From Spirochaetaceae bacterium (GTDB lineage: Bacteria > Spirochaetota > Spirochaetia > Treponematales > Breznakiellaceae): DNA of 32,910 nucleotides. This document shows positions 18,454 through 25,762 of the stretch, piece by piece. Location: the NCBI GenBank assembly GCA_031257995.1, contig JAIRNN010000028.1, forward strand, positions 1-32,910, read 5' to 3'. The notes under the pieces are model-generated. The model saw nothing but the letters and a program-made list of their open reading frames with translations. It had not been told where the DNA came from and did no database searches. The position numbers were made by a program, and so were the translations under genes. Each line of letters starts with the position of its first letter. The first letter of the stretch is position 1.

Positions 18454-19113
18454 ATGACCGATTGGCCTAAAATATTCGCCGCGCTCAACAAGTGGCGGGA
18501 GGATTTGTCTCTCTCCGAGCCGTCGGTTACGCTGGTGGCGGAGCGTTACGCCCGTGATCCGTGGGCGGTTCTCGTATCCACATTGATAAGCCTTCGTACC
18601 AAAGACGAGGTAACGATCAAGGCATCCGCCGTGTTGCTTGCCCGGTGTAAGGGTCCGTCCGATGTGCTGGGCGCGTCCCAGCCGGAAATCGAAAAACTCA
18701 TCTATCCGGCGGGATTCTACAAAACCAAAGCCCTGCGTCTCCGCGAAATCGCCGCGATCCTCGTGGAAAAATACGGCGGCGCCGTCCCCGACTCCCTCGA
18801 AGAACTCCTTGCCCTCCCCGGCGTGGGCCGCAAAACCGCGAACCTCGTCCTCATCGAAGCCTTCGACAAAGACGGTATCTGTGTCGATACCCATGTCCAC
18901 CGCATCAACAACCGCGCGGGCTGGCTCGTCTCCCGCACCCCCGATGCCACCGAACTTATCCTCCGTGACATCCTTCCCCGCGAATACTGGAAGCCCATCA
19001 ACGCCCTCCTCGTCCTCTACGGACAGCGCGTCTGCAAACCCATAAGCCCCATCTGTTCAAAATGTGTGATCAGAGGCCACTGCGCGCGAAAAGGCGTAGA
19101 CAAAAGCCGGTAA
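18454..19113 (+). CDS. nth: Endonuclease III (HhH-GPD DNA glycosylase with a 4Fe-4S cluster)
   Basis: HhH motif LLALPGVGRKTANLVL, catalytic-region VDTHVHRI.NR, C-terminal C-x6-C-x2-C-x5-C (CKPISPICSKCVIRGHC). Confidence 0.9.
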   Translation: MTDWPKIFAALNKWREDLSLSEPSVTLVAERYARDPWAVLVSTLISLRTKDEVTIKASAVLLARCKGPSDVLGASQPEIEKLIYPAGFYKTKALRLREIAAILVEKYGGAVPDSLEELLALPGVGRKTANLVLIEAFDKDGICVDTHVHRINNRAGWLVSRTPDATELILRDILPREYWKPINALLVLYGQRVCKPISPICSKCVIRGHCARKGVDKSR

Positions 19114-19120
19114 CTATTTA

Positions 19121-19237
19121 CACGGGAAACCTTGATCGCGAGGAACCGCAAACGGCGCCATAAAGGGTTGCGCGGATTTTTCAGTCCTTGTCTCTCTTAA
19201 TCCGTGCCGTCTGTGGTTTTGTGTTTCCGTCTGTCGG
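19121..19237. repeat. Family D motif cluster C
   Basis: CACGGGAAAC, CCGCAAACGG, CGCGGATTTT, then inverted TTAATCCGTG, CGTCTGTGG, CCGTCTGTCGG. Confidence 0.6.
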
Positions 19238-19238
19238 A

Positions 19239-19267
19239 TTGACAAGACGGGGACGATCTTTAATAAT
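19239..19267 (+). promoter_or_regulatory. Candidate promoter for the two-component operon
   Basis: TTGACA 19239-19244, about 16-17-nt spacer, TAATAAT 19261-19267. It lies very close to ATG 19274, so the transcript would be leaderless or the true start is downstream. Confidence 0.4.
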
Positions 19268-19273
19268 AAAAAA

Positions 19274-20974
19274 ATGAAGGGAATGAACAAAAAAAGAACA
19301 CTGCCTTTTTTCCGGTTCACGGACACGCAGCAGTTTTATTATAAAAAGATGGCGGGTATTCTCCTGGGTACTTTTTTAATTCCGCTTCTGGCCACCGGAA
19401 TTATCGCCATTCTGTGTATCGGCATCGCCGAATCGGTATACGAAAGAAAAGAAGGCTTGACGGCGCTGGAGGCGTCTTCCCGTGAAATGGAACAAGTTTT
19501 CCAATATGCGGAAGATTTTTCCGGCATACTCATCACCAAGGGGCTCATGGGAAAGTTTGCCGGTTTCCGTGAAACGAGCCGGGACTATATAAGCCTTGCC
19601 GAGTTTTCCGATGACTATATCCATAATGTGCCGCTTATTAAGACGATTTTGCTGATACGGGACGGGTATATTGTTTTTGAACGGGGGCCCGCGCTCGACT
19701 CGGAGATTCCGGCGTTTCCCTATGACCTTGAAAAAGCGGAAGCCGAGTTGAAAAAGAGATACTGGGCCGAGCCCCGGAGAATGAACTATTTCTTTGCCGA
19801 CGAGTATACCGACCGCGAGGTGATTCCCTTTTATAAAAAGATAAGTTACAGCACAAGCCCTTCCGTGTTGTTTGTCTTTATCGGTATTGATGAAAAAGAA
19901 CTCGTCAAAAGCTATATGTCATATAATAAAGGCACATTCTTTTTTATGCGGCAGGAAGATTTTGCCGTTGTGTCGTCCACGGATACGGAAGCCCGGGGGA
20001 AAGCGTACCCTGCGGGGTTGAGCGGCCATATAAAAGGCGAAAGCGGGTATTTTCGCGTCAAGAACAAAGAAACGGCGGTGTACACGAATGTTTTCGACGA
20101 ATGGTATCTGGTAAACCATCTCCCGCCCAAAAAATTGAGTATCAACATTGCCGGCTATGCCATCATTATTCCGGTCGCGGTTATCTTGGCGATTTGTTTC
20201 ACATTCAGGCGGATTCACGGCGTTATACATGAATTATATGCGGCAAAGATATACAGTCAGGAGGCGGCGTTCAAAACGCTTACATCGCAGATCAACCCGC
20301 ATTTTTTGTATAATACGCTGGATTCCATACGCTGGAAGGCGATACAAAACAGAGATTTTGAAGTGAGCGGGCAAATTGAAACGCTTGCCGATATGTTCAA
20401 GTCTACGTTAAGCAAGGGTAATGATATGGTGACGGTTGAACAGGAGATTAAACAGCTTGAAAGGTATCTTGTTATTATGCGTTTCAGGTATGGAGACCGT
20501 ATCAAATGTACGATTGATGTTTCCGAGAAAGCGCTGCCCGTCAAAGTGCCGAAACTGATTTTGCAGCCCCTTGTGGAAAACGCGATTCTGCACGGTATTG
20601 AGCCGCAGGTACCCAAGGGAGAAATCACAGTACTTGTCAAAATACGGGAAAATCTTTTATATATCATTGTCAGGGATAACGGGCGGGGAGTCGACGCAAA
20701 AGAGATAAACGCGAAACTGCAAGACGAACACGGGGTTTTTTTTCGGCATCCGGATTCGGAACCATGGCCGCGGAAAAGACGGCGGGCTTTTCTCTGGGAA
20801 ACCGCGCGGGAGGACGGCGAAACGGCCGGGATTGGAACCGTCCCGGACGATACGGTATTCGCGCTGAAAAACATCGACCGGCGGATCAAACTGCGTTACG
20901 GCGGCGAATACGGAATGACGTTTGCAAGTACCCTTGGCGAGGGAACGGTTGTTACGCTTGTCATGCCGGGATAA
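19274..20974 (+). CDS. Sensor histidine kinase, YesM-like (two TM segments, His_kinase/HATPase core)
   Basis: TM segments near residues 27-55 and about 290-312. H-region LTSQINPHFLYNTLDSIRW, N-box LILQPLVENAILHGI, G1 VRDNGRGVD. Confidence 0.88.
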   Translation: MKGMNKKRTLPFFRFTDTQQFYYKKMAGILLGTFLIPLLATGIIAILCIGIAESVYERKEGLTALEASSREMEQVFQYAEDFSGILITKGLMGKFAGFRETSRDYISLAEFSDDYIHNVPLIKTILLIRDGYIVFERGPALDSEIPAFPYDLEKAEAELKKRYWAEPRRMNYFFADEYTDREVIPFYKKISYSTSPSVLFVFIGIDEKELVKSYMSYNKGTFFFMRQEDFAVVSSTDTEARGKAYPAGLSGHIKGESGYFRVKNKETAVYTNVFDEWYLVNHLPPKKLSINIAGYAIIIPVAVILAICFTFRRIHGVIHELYAAKIYSQEAAFKTLTSQINPHFLYNTLDSIRWKAIQNRDFEVSGQIETLADMFKSTLSKGNDMVTVEQEIKQLERYLVIMRFRYGDRIKCTIDVSEKALPVKVPKLILQPLVENAILHGIEPQVPKGEITVLVKIRENLLYIIVRDNGRGVDAKEINAKLQDEHGVFFRHPDSEPWPRKRRRAFLWETAREDGETAGIGTVPDDTVFALKNIDRRIKLRYGGEYGMTFASTLGEGTVVTLVMPG

Positions 20975-20975
20975 A

Positions 20976-21719
20976 ATGATGAAACTATTGATTCTTGATG
21001 ACGACATACAGATACGCGAAGGTGTGGAAAAAAGCATCGACTGGCGATGCGCCGGCATTGACGAGGTGAAAAGCGCTGGGGACGGCGTGTCAGGTCTGAA
21101 AATGGCGTTGTCTTTCAGGCCGGATATTATTCTTTCCGATGTGCGGATGCCGGGCATAAACGGCCTCGATTTTCTCCGGGAAATAAAAGAAGTACTTCCC
21201 CGTTCAAAAGTAATTCTCATAAGCGGCTATGACGATTTTGAATATTTGCAAAAGGCGGTCAAATATAAAGCGGACGCCTATGAATTAAAACCCGTCAAGG
21301 TGCAGCATCTCATCAATCTTGTCGCGGAAATGAAAGAAGAAATACTCAGGGAAAACGCCGCGCCCGCACAATCAAGCGAACCGCCCCGATACACGCCTAA
21401 GATAATGAAAGCCGTCGATTATATCAACGCTCATTTTGACAAGCCGATAACCACGGCGGCCCTGTCAAAAACGCTCGGTCTTACGCCGAATTATTTCAGC
21501 GCCGTTTTCAAGCGGGAGACGGGCATATCTTTCAACGCCTATCTAAACAATGTCCGGCTGAAAAGCGCCGCGTATCTGCTCGAACATACCAGCCTTCTCA
21601 TCTACGAGATCGCGGATCAATGCGGTTTCCATGATTATATCTACTTTTCGCAGGTTTTCAAAAAAGCCTACAACTGTTCTCCCCGCGCATACCGGACAAA
21701 CAAAAAACAACCGGGATAA
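20976..21719 (+). CDS. Response regulator, CheY receiver plus AraC-type HTH (YesN-like)
   Basis: MMKLLILDDD...PDIILSDVRMPGINGLDF...ELKPV. C-terminal AraC HTH ...LSKTLGLTPNYFSAVFKRETG.SFN.YLN.VRL..AA.LL. Start lies 2 nt after the kinase stop. Confidence 0.9.
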   Translation: MMKLLILDDDIQIREGVEKSIDWRCAGIDEVKSAGDGVSGLKMALSFRPDIILSDVRMPGINGLDFLREIKEVLPRSKVILISGYDDFEYLQKAVKYKADAYELKPVKVQHLINLVAEMKEEILRENAAPAQSSEPPRYTPKIMKAVDYINAHFDKPITTAALSKTLGLTPNYFSAVFKRETGISFNAYLNNVRLKSAAYLLEHTSLLIYEIADQCGFHDYIYFSQVFKKAYNCSPRAYRTNKKQPG

Positions 21720-21761
21720 GCGCGGGGTCTCTATAGTGCCTTTGTCAAGAAAATATAAGGC

Positions 21762-21889
21762 GGGGGAAGTCTCCCCCTCGCTCCAGACACGCACTCTGGC
21801 CGAAAGGCCTGAGCCTAAAGGCTCGTCCGCACCTTCCTCCGTTTGGCCTTCCGCTACCCCTCTGCGGGGGACACCCCCGCAACGCCCCC
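21762..21889 (-). repeat. Family R element, copy d (most complete, reverse orientation)
   Basis: Reverse complement: GGGGGCGTTGCGGGGGTGTCCCCCGCAGAGGGGTAGCGGAAGG...CTGGAGCGAGGGGGAGACTTCCCCC. Confidence 0.8.
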
Positions 21890-21951
21890 GATACAGTGTT
21901 TGCGCCGACTTCTATGTGTGGAGTTTTGCCAAAAAATTGTAAAAAAAATAC

Positions 21952-21980
21952 TTGACAAAGTCTGGTGTTTCCTGTACGGT
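21952..21980 (+). promoter_or_regulatory. Candidate promoter for the decayed lipoprotein gene
   Basis: TTGACA 21952-21957, 17-nt spacer, TACGGT 21975-21980. Confidence 0.35.
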
Positions 21981-22055
21981 GCAATTATGCGAAATTGAGT
22001 TTCAAATTTAATCATACCAGACCCATTATGAGGAAAGTTTTAGAAGGAGCATATT

Positions 22056-22902
22056 ATGAAAAAGAAAATGGGATTTGTTGTTTTGGGGGTGGCTTTATTA
22101 CTCGGCGCTTGTGCCTCAACCTCAGTATGGAGTGATGGCATGGATAATGGAGAAAAACCGGCGTTCATAGAAAAGCAACTGGTTTCGCTTGAGCAAATAG
22201 TCGAATTGCACAAAGAAATAAAGGACATTGACATATCACTGGAGAAATTACGTCCGGTAGCGTTGTTAAACAATGTTTTTTCATTTTTTGATCTGGCTCA
22301 ATCCGGTTAAAAGTATGAATTTAAGAAGGAATATCCTTCGGAAAGGGAAATTCCCGATGGTGTTCTCGCGTCCTATCCGTTGGAATTTTACGAAATGAAG
22401 GCGGCGGTGATAATTTCCGAAAGCGCATTTGAAACCGTTGAAGGACAGAGCGCCATATTCCACGAATTTGTCCATTGTTTTCAATGGGATGAGGGTGAAC
22501 GGGAACTTAAGCAAACATTGACTATAGCGCGGGAAGGCATGGGAGAAACGGGATTATATGTGGGGACTCAATCATCCTTTTCCCTATGGGAGTGATGTTT
22601 TCATAAAAAGAACAATGGAACTGGACAATGGTTATGATATAGGGGAATATCATAACGAGATTAAGTCTGAACTAAACGAAAAAGATTTTGAATATATGAT
22701 TTGGCAGGAATGGAAGGAAGGTTACGTTCGTTATATAGAAAATCTGGTCGGAGAAAGATTAGGAGCAAATAAAAACAGCAGTGTATTGACCACGCCTTTT
22801 GAAAGGCCCGTTTTTTATAGAATCGGCAACAGATATATAGAGACCTTGATAAGAGACGACCCTAAACTAAAAGGCGACATAGAGGCGCTGTTTCAAAAAT
22901 GA
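22056..22902 (+). pseudogene. Decayed lipoprotein gene with an HExxH (zinc-metallopeptidase-like) motif: one in-frame stop and one frameshift
   Basis: AGAAGGAG precedes ATG 22056. Lipobox LLLGAC. TAA at 22308-22310, but the same frame stays open 22311-22595 (KYEFKKEYPSEREIPDGV...FHEFVHCFQW). Reading continues in the +1 frame from about 22558 to 22902. Confidence 0.6.
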
Positions 22903-22958
22903 TAAATTGTGAGATATAAACATAATGGAATAAAACGAAGCGCGGGCAGACTTCGCGT

Positions 22959-23108
22959 CCACAGATTAACCACAGCACCGAATCACCTTTAACCGCAGAT
23001 GAACGCGGATGAACACAGAAGAAGAGGAGCCACGGATTTTCACGGATTAAGAGAGGCGCAGGGTGAAAAATCCGTGTACATCCGTGTCATCTGCGGTTTC
23101 CCGTGATG
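22959..23108. repeat. Family D motif cluster B (between convergent gene ends)
   Basis: CCACAGATTAA, CCGCAGATGAA, CGCGGATGAA, CACAGAAGAA, CCACGGATTTT, CACGGATTAA, then inverted AAATCCGTG, ACATCCGTG, TCATCTGCGG. CACGGATTTTCAC 23031-23043 pairs with GTGAAAAATCCGTG 23063-23076. Confidence 0.7.
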
Positions 23109-23115
23109 AAGCCCG

Positions 23116-23430
23116 TTAATCCATGTGGAACATCTCTACAAGGCCGTCGCTCACAGGCGATTCGTCCGGGTTGGTGTCCATCACGTCTTTCATCATGTGC
23201 CACCACTTCCGCACGATCTCTTTGCCGGGAAGCCCGCCGTCCGTGGCATCGTCCGCCCGGCGCTGAAACGCGAAAAGCGTGTTGGTCTTCCGGTCCAGAT
23301 AGATCGAATAGTCGGAAATCCCCGCCTTGCGGAGTTCCGCCTTGAGGTCTGGCCATATCTCGTCGTGGCGCTTCTTATACTCCGCTTCACAGCCGGCCTT
23401 GAGCCGCATCGCAAACGCATGTCTTGTCAT
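23116..23430 (-). CDS. rhaM: L-rhamnose mutarotase (104 aa)
   Basis: AAGGAG precedes the ATG at 23430. MTRHAFAMRLK...EYKKRHDEIWPDLKAELRKAGISDYSIYLD...LFA......WW..M.DVM..NPD.SPVS. Close to my recollection of E. coli RhaM in sequence and length. Confidence 0.88.
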   Translation of the reverse strand: MTRHAFAMRLKAGCEAEYKKRHDEIWPDLKAELRKAGISDYSIYLDRKTNTLFAFQRRADDATDGGLPGKEIVRKWWHMMKDVMDTNPDESPVSDGLVEMFHMD

Positions 23431-23473
23431 AATCACTCCTTCCGTTCTGTTAGGGAAACCCATAGCAATGAGT

Positions 23474-23733
23474 TCAGCATATCTTCCGGCATTCTATCCC
23501 CAGAAGCCGCGCCAGCTTTTCTATTTTTCCGGCGATATGTCCGGTGCCGATGGCGCAGTGATGGGCCGGCCCGGCTTTTGACCATTGGTTGACAAAATCG
23601 CGGGCGGGCAAGGCAAAACGATAACGGCTGTTCGTATTGCCGATTTTCAGAACCGGGCCGGGAACCGATTCGCCTTCGGCGCAGAGCAGGAACGTTGACC
23701 CGCCGGGCCCCCGCACGACCCACTTACCCTCAC
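23474..23733 (-). pseudogene. 3' remnant (~85 codons) of a sugar isomerase gene, L-fucose/L-arabinose-isomerase-like C-terminal domain
   Basis: ...STFLLCAEGESVPGPVLKIGNTNSRYRF..PARDFVNQWSKAGPAHHCAIGTGHIAGKIEKLARLLGIE resembles the C-terminal end of that family, from memory. The ORF's N-terminal 40 codons are just a translation of the H1 hairpin. Confidence 0.4.
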
Positions 23734-23734
23734 G

Positions 23735-23892
23735 ACCCGCGCAGCGATAACGTGTCTGGTAGTGTGTTCTTGGGGACGTGAAACACCCCCTGCGGGCGGC
23801 ATTGCGCCGCGTAGCAAGCACAGCCGCCCGCAGGGGGTGTTTCACGTCCCCCCGCGAGACGGCCTAACTAACTACCCAACACTTAATGAGCC
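23735..23892. repeat. H element copy 1: ~158-nt unit with a perfect 29-bp-stem hairpin, directly downstream of the binding-protein gene
   Basis: Arms 23772-23800 GGGGACGTGAAACACCCCCTGCGGGCGGC and 23823-23851 are exact reverse complements, with a 22-nt loop. Flanks CGACCCGCGCAGCGATAACGTGTCTG and CTTAATGAGCC are shared with copy 2. Confidence 0.85.
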
Positions 23893-24911
23893 TAATACAC
23901 GCTCTTCCACTCGTTAATGTTGGACGGTTCAAACTTGAAGGGCGGACCCAAGACGACCTCGGTGCCGCCGTCGGCTGCGTTGACAACGGTGTAGCTGCCG
24001 AGCTTGCCGCCGCCGAACTTGTCGCCGATTTTACCGGTGATCGCGCCGTCCGCGAGAGCCTTCGCCGCATAAGAGGCAAGGTAGCCCAGATCAATCGGGT
24101 TCCACAAGAACATATACGGACACGAACCGTTGGTGATGTAGTCCGCCATTTCCGAGGGAAGGCCGAGACCGGTGATTTTGACCTTGCCGATGAGCCCCCG
24201 GTCGGTTATGACTTTGGCCGCCGCCGCGATACCGACCGTAGTCGGCGCGACAATCACCTTGAGGTTCGGATAACTCGCGAGAAGCCCCTCGGTCTCCGAT
24301 ACGGACTTGTCGCGGAGATCGTCGCCGTAGGCAATCTTCACCAGTTTCAAATTGGCGTACTTCGCCTGCTTCAGAGTTTCCTCCATCACCGCAATCCAAG
24401 CGTTCTGGTTGGATGCCTGACTGGTCGCCGAAAGAATCGCGATCTCGCCGGAACCGCCCGCCTGATCAAAAGCCGCTTCCACCAGCGTTTCCCCAATCAG
24501 CTTGGTGTCCGCCTGATTGATATGCAGGGAACGGCTGGCCGCATTCACCGCCGAGTCGGCAGTAACGATGTTGATGCCCGCGTTCTTCGCCTTTGTGAGT
24601 ACCGGCTGAAGCGCGTCGAAATCGTTTGCCGAAATGGTGATTGAGGCGACCTTCTGCGCGATAAGCTGATCAATTATCTGGATCTGAGCTTCCGCAGTCG
24701 GAAGGTCGGGAGCCCGACGGATCACCGTTCCACCCTGCTCTTTGACACCGGTTTCAAAACCGTCCATCAGTTTTTCCCCAAAGGGATTCCCGGTGCTCTT
24801 GAATACAACAGCATGCACATTGCCCCCGCCCGCCTGCTGTCCGCCGCCCGCAAACAATGCCGCGCTCAAAGCGGCCGTCAGCGTCAACGCAATCACTAAA
24901 ACTCTTTTCAT
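23892..24911 (-). CDS. Sugar ABC transporter periplasmic substrate-binding protein (RbsB/RhaS-type fold), probably for rhamnose
   Basis: GGAGG precedes the ATG at 24911. Signal peptide MKRVLVIALTLTAALSAALFA. PBP type I features. Context: sugar ABC genes and rhaM. The ORF-track start at 25013 lies in repeat sequence. Confidence 0.85.
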   Translation of the reverse strand: MKRVLVIALTLTAALSAALFAGGGQQAGGGNVHAVVFKSTGNPFGEKLMDGFETGVKEQGGTVIRRAPDLPTAEAQIQIIDQLIAQKVASITISANDFDALQPVLTKAKNAGINIVTADSAVNAASRSLHINQADTKLIGETLVEAAFDQAGGSGEIAILSATSQASNQNAWIAVMEETLKQAKYANLKLVKIAYGDDLRDKSVSETEGLLASYPNLKVIVAPTTVGIAAAAKVITDRGLIGKVKITGLGLPSEMADYITNGSCPYMFLWNPIDLGYLASYAAKALADGAITGKIGDKFGGGKLGSYTVVNAADGGTEVVLGPPFKFEPSNINEWKSVY

Positions 24912-24972
24912 ACCAAAATCCTCCATAAAAATATATTTACCGCCCAATGCGGCATTTCTCCCCATCCCATGA

Positions 24973-25095
24973 GGGGGGAAGTCTCCCCCCTGCCTCCAGC
25001 CAGCGCAAACCATCGAAGGCTACGCCGGCGATAGTTTGCGCCGTCTTCCGGCACCCCCCTCTACGGGGCGCTGCCCCGTAACGCCCCGCCCCCGC
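24973..25095 (-). repeat. Family R element, copy e
   Basis: GGGGGGAAGTCTCCCCCC...CCCCGTAACGCCCCGCCCCC. Reverse complement gives GGGGCGTTACGGGGCAGCGCCCCGTAGAGGGGGG...CTGGAGGCAGGGGGGAGACTTCCCCCC. Confidence 0.75.
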
Positions 25096-25250
25096 GACCC
25101 GCCCAGCGATAACGTATCTGTATCCTTGGGGACGGGAATACACCCCCTTCGGGCGACATTGCGCCGCAAAGCAAGCACCAGCCGCCCGAAGGGGGTGTAT
25201 TCCCGTCCCTCCGCACTAATCCCTCTTACTGACTGACCCTTAATGAGCCC
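25093..25250. repeat. H element copy 2, same orientation as copy 1
   Basis: Arms 25128-25157 and 25181-25209 (GGGGACGGGAATACACCCCCTTCGGGCGAC / GCCGCCCGAAGGGGGTGTATTCCCGTCCC), with one mismatch. Flanks CGACCCGCCCAGCGATAACGTATCTG and CTTAATGAGCC. Confidence 0.85.
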
Positions 25251-25671
25251 CGCGCACTAAGCGGAGTGTGTCCGCACACTTAGCAGAGTGTGCCCGCGCA
25301 CTTAGCAGAGTGTGTCCGCGCACTTAGCAGAGTGTGTCCGCACACTTAGCAGAGTGTGCCCGTGCACTTAGCAGAGTGTGCCCGCGCACTAAGCGGAGTG
25401 TGCCCGCGCACTAAGCGGAGTGTGCCCGCACACTTAGCAGAGTGTGTCCGCGCACTAAGCGGAGTGTGCCTGCGCACTTAGCAGAGTGTGTCCGCACACT
25501 TAGCAGAGTGTGTCCGCGCACTTAGCAGAGTGTGTCCGCGCACTTAGCAGAGTGTGCCCGCGCACTTAGCAGAGTGTGCCCGCGCACTTAGCAGAGTGTG
25601 CCCGCGCACTCGGCAGAGTGTGCCGGCGCACTTAGCAGAGTGTGTCCGCACACTCGGCAGAGTGTGCCCGC
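25250..25671. repeat. Tandem array: 19 head-to-tail copies of a 22-bp unit, consensus CCGCGCACTTAGCAGAGTGTGY, plus a partial CCGC
   Basis: Counted unit by unit: unit 1 at 25250-25271, unit 19 at 25646-25667. Each unit holds the inverted repeat GCRCACT-N6-AGTGTGC. There are no spacers. Confidence 0.95.
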
Positions 25672-25762
25672 TGAAACTGCTTCCGCGAATGTTTCCTTCG
25701 CAAGCGCAACCATCTCCCATTATCCATTTTCCATTTTCAATTCGCGTAGTGTGGCTGTCCCT

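Noticed and set aside
23125-23592. 155-aa + strand ORF overlapping rhaM
   Set aside because: It is antisense to a well-supported rhaM CDS that has a strong SD, and it has no motif of its own.
25250-25671. CRISPR array
   Set aside because: Units are directly abutting with no spacers, 22 bp is short for a CRISPR repeat, and no cas genes are present in the window.
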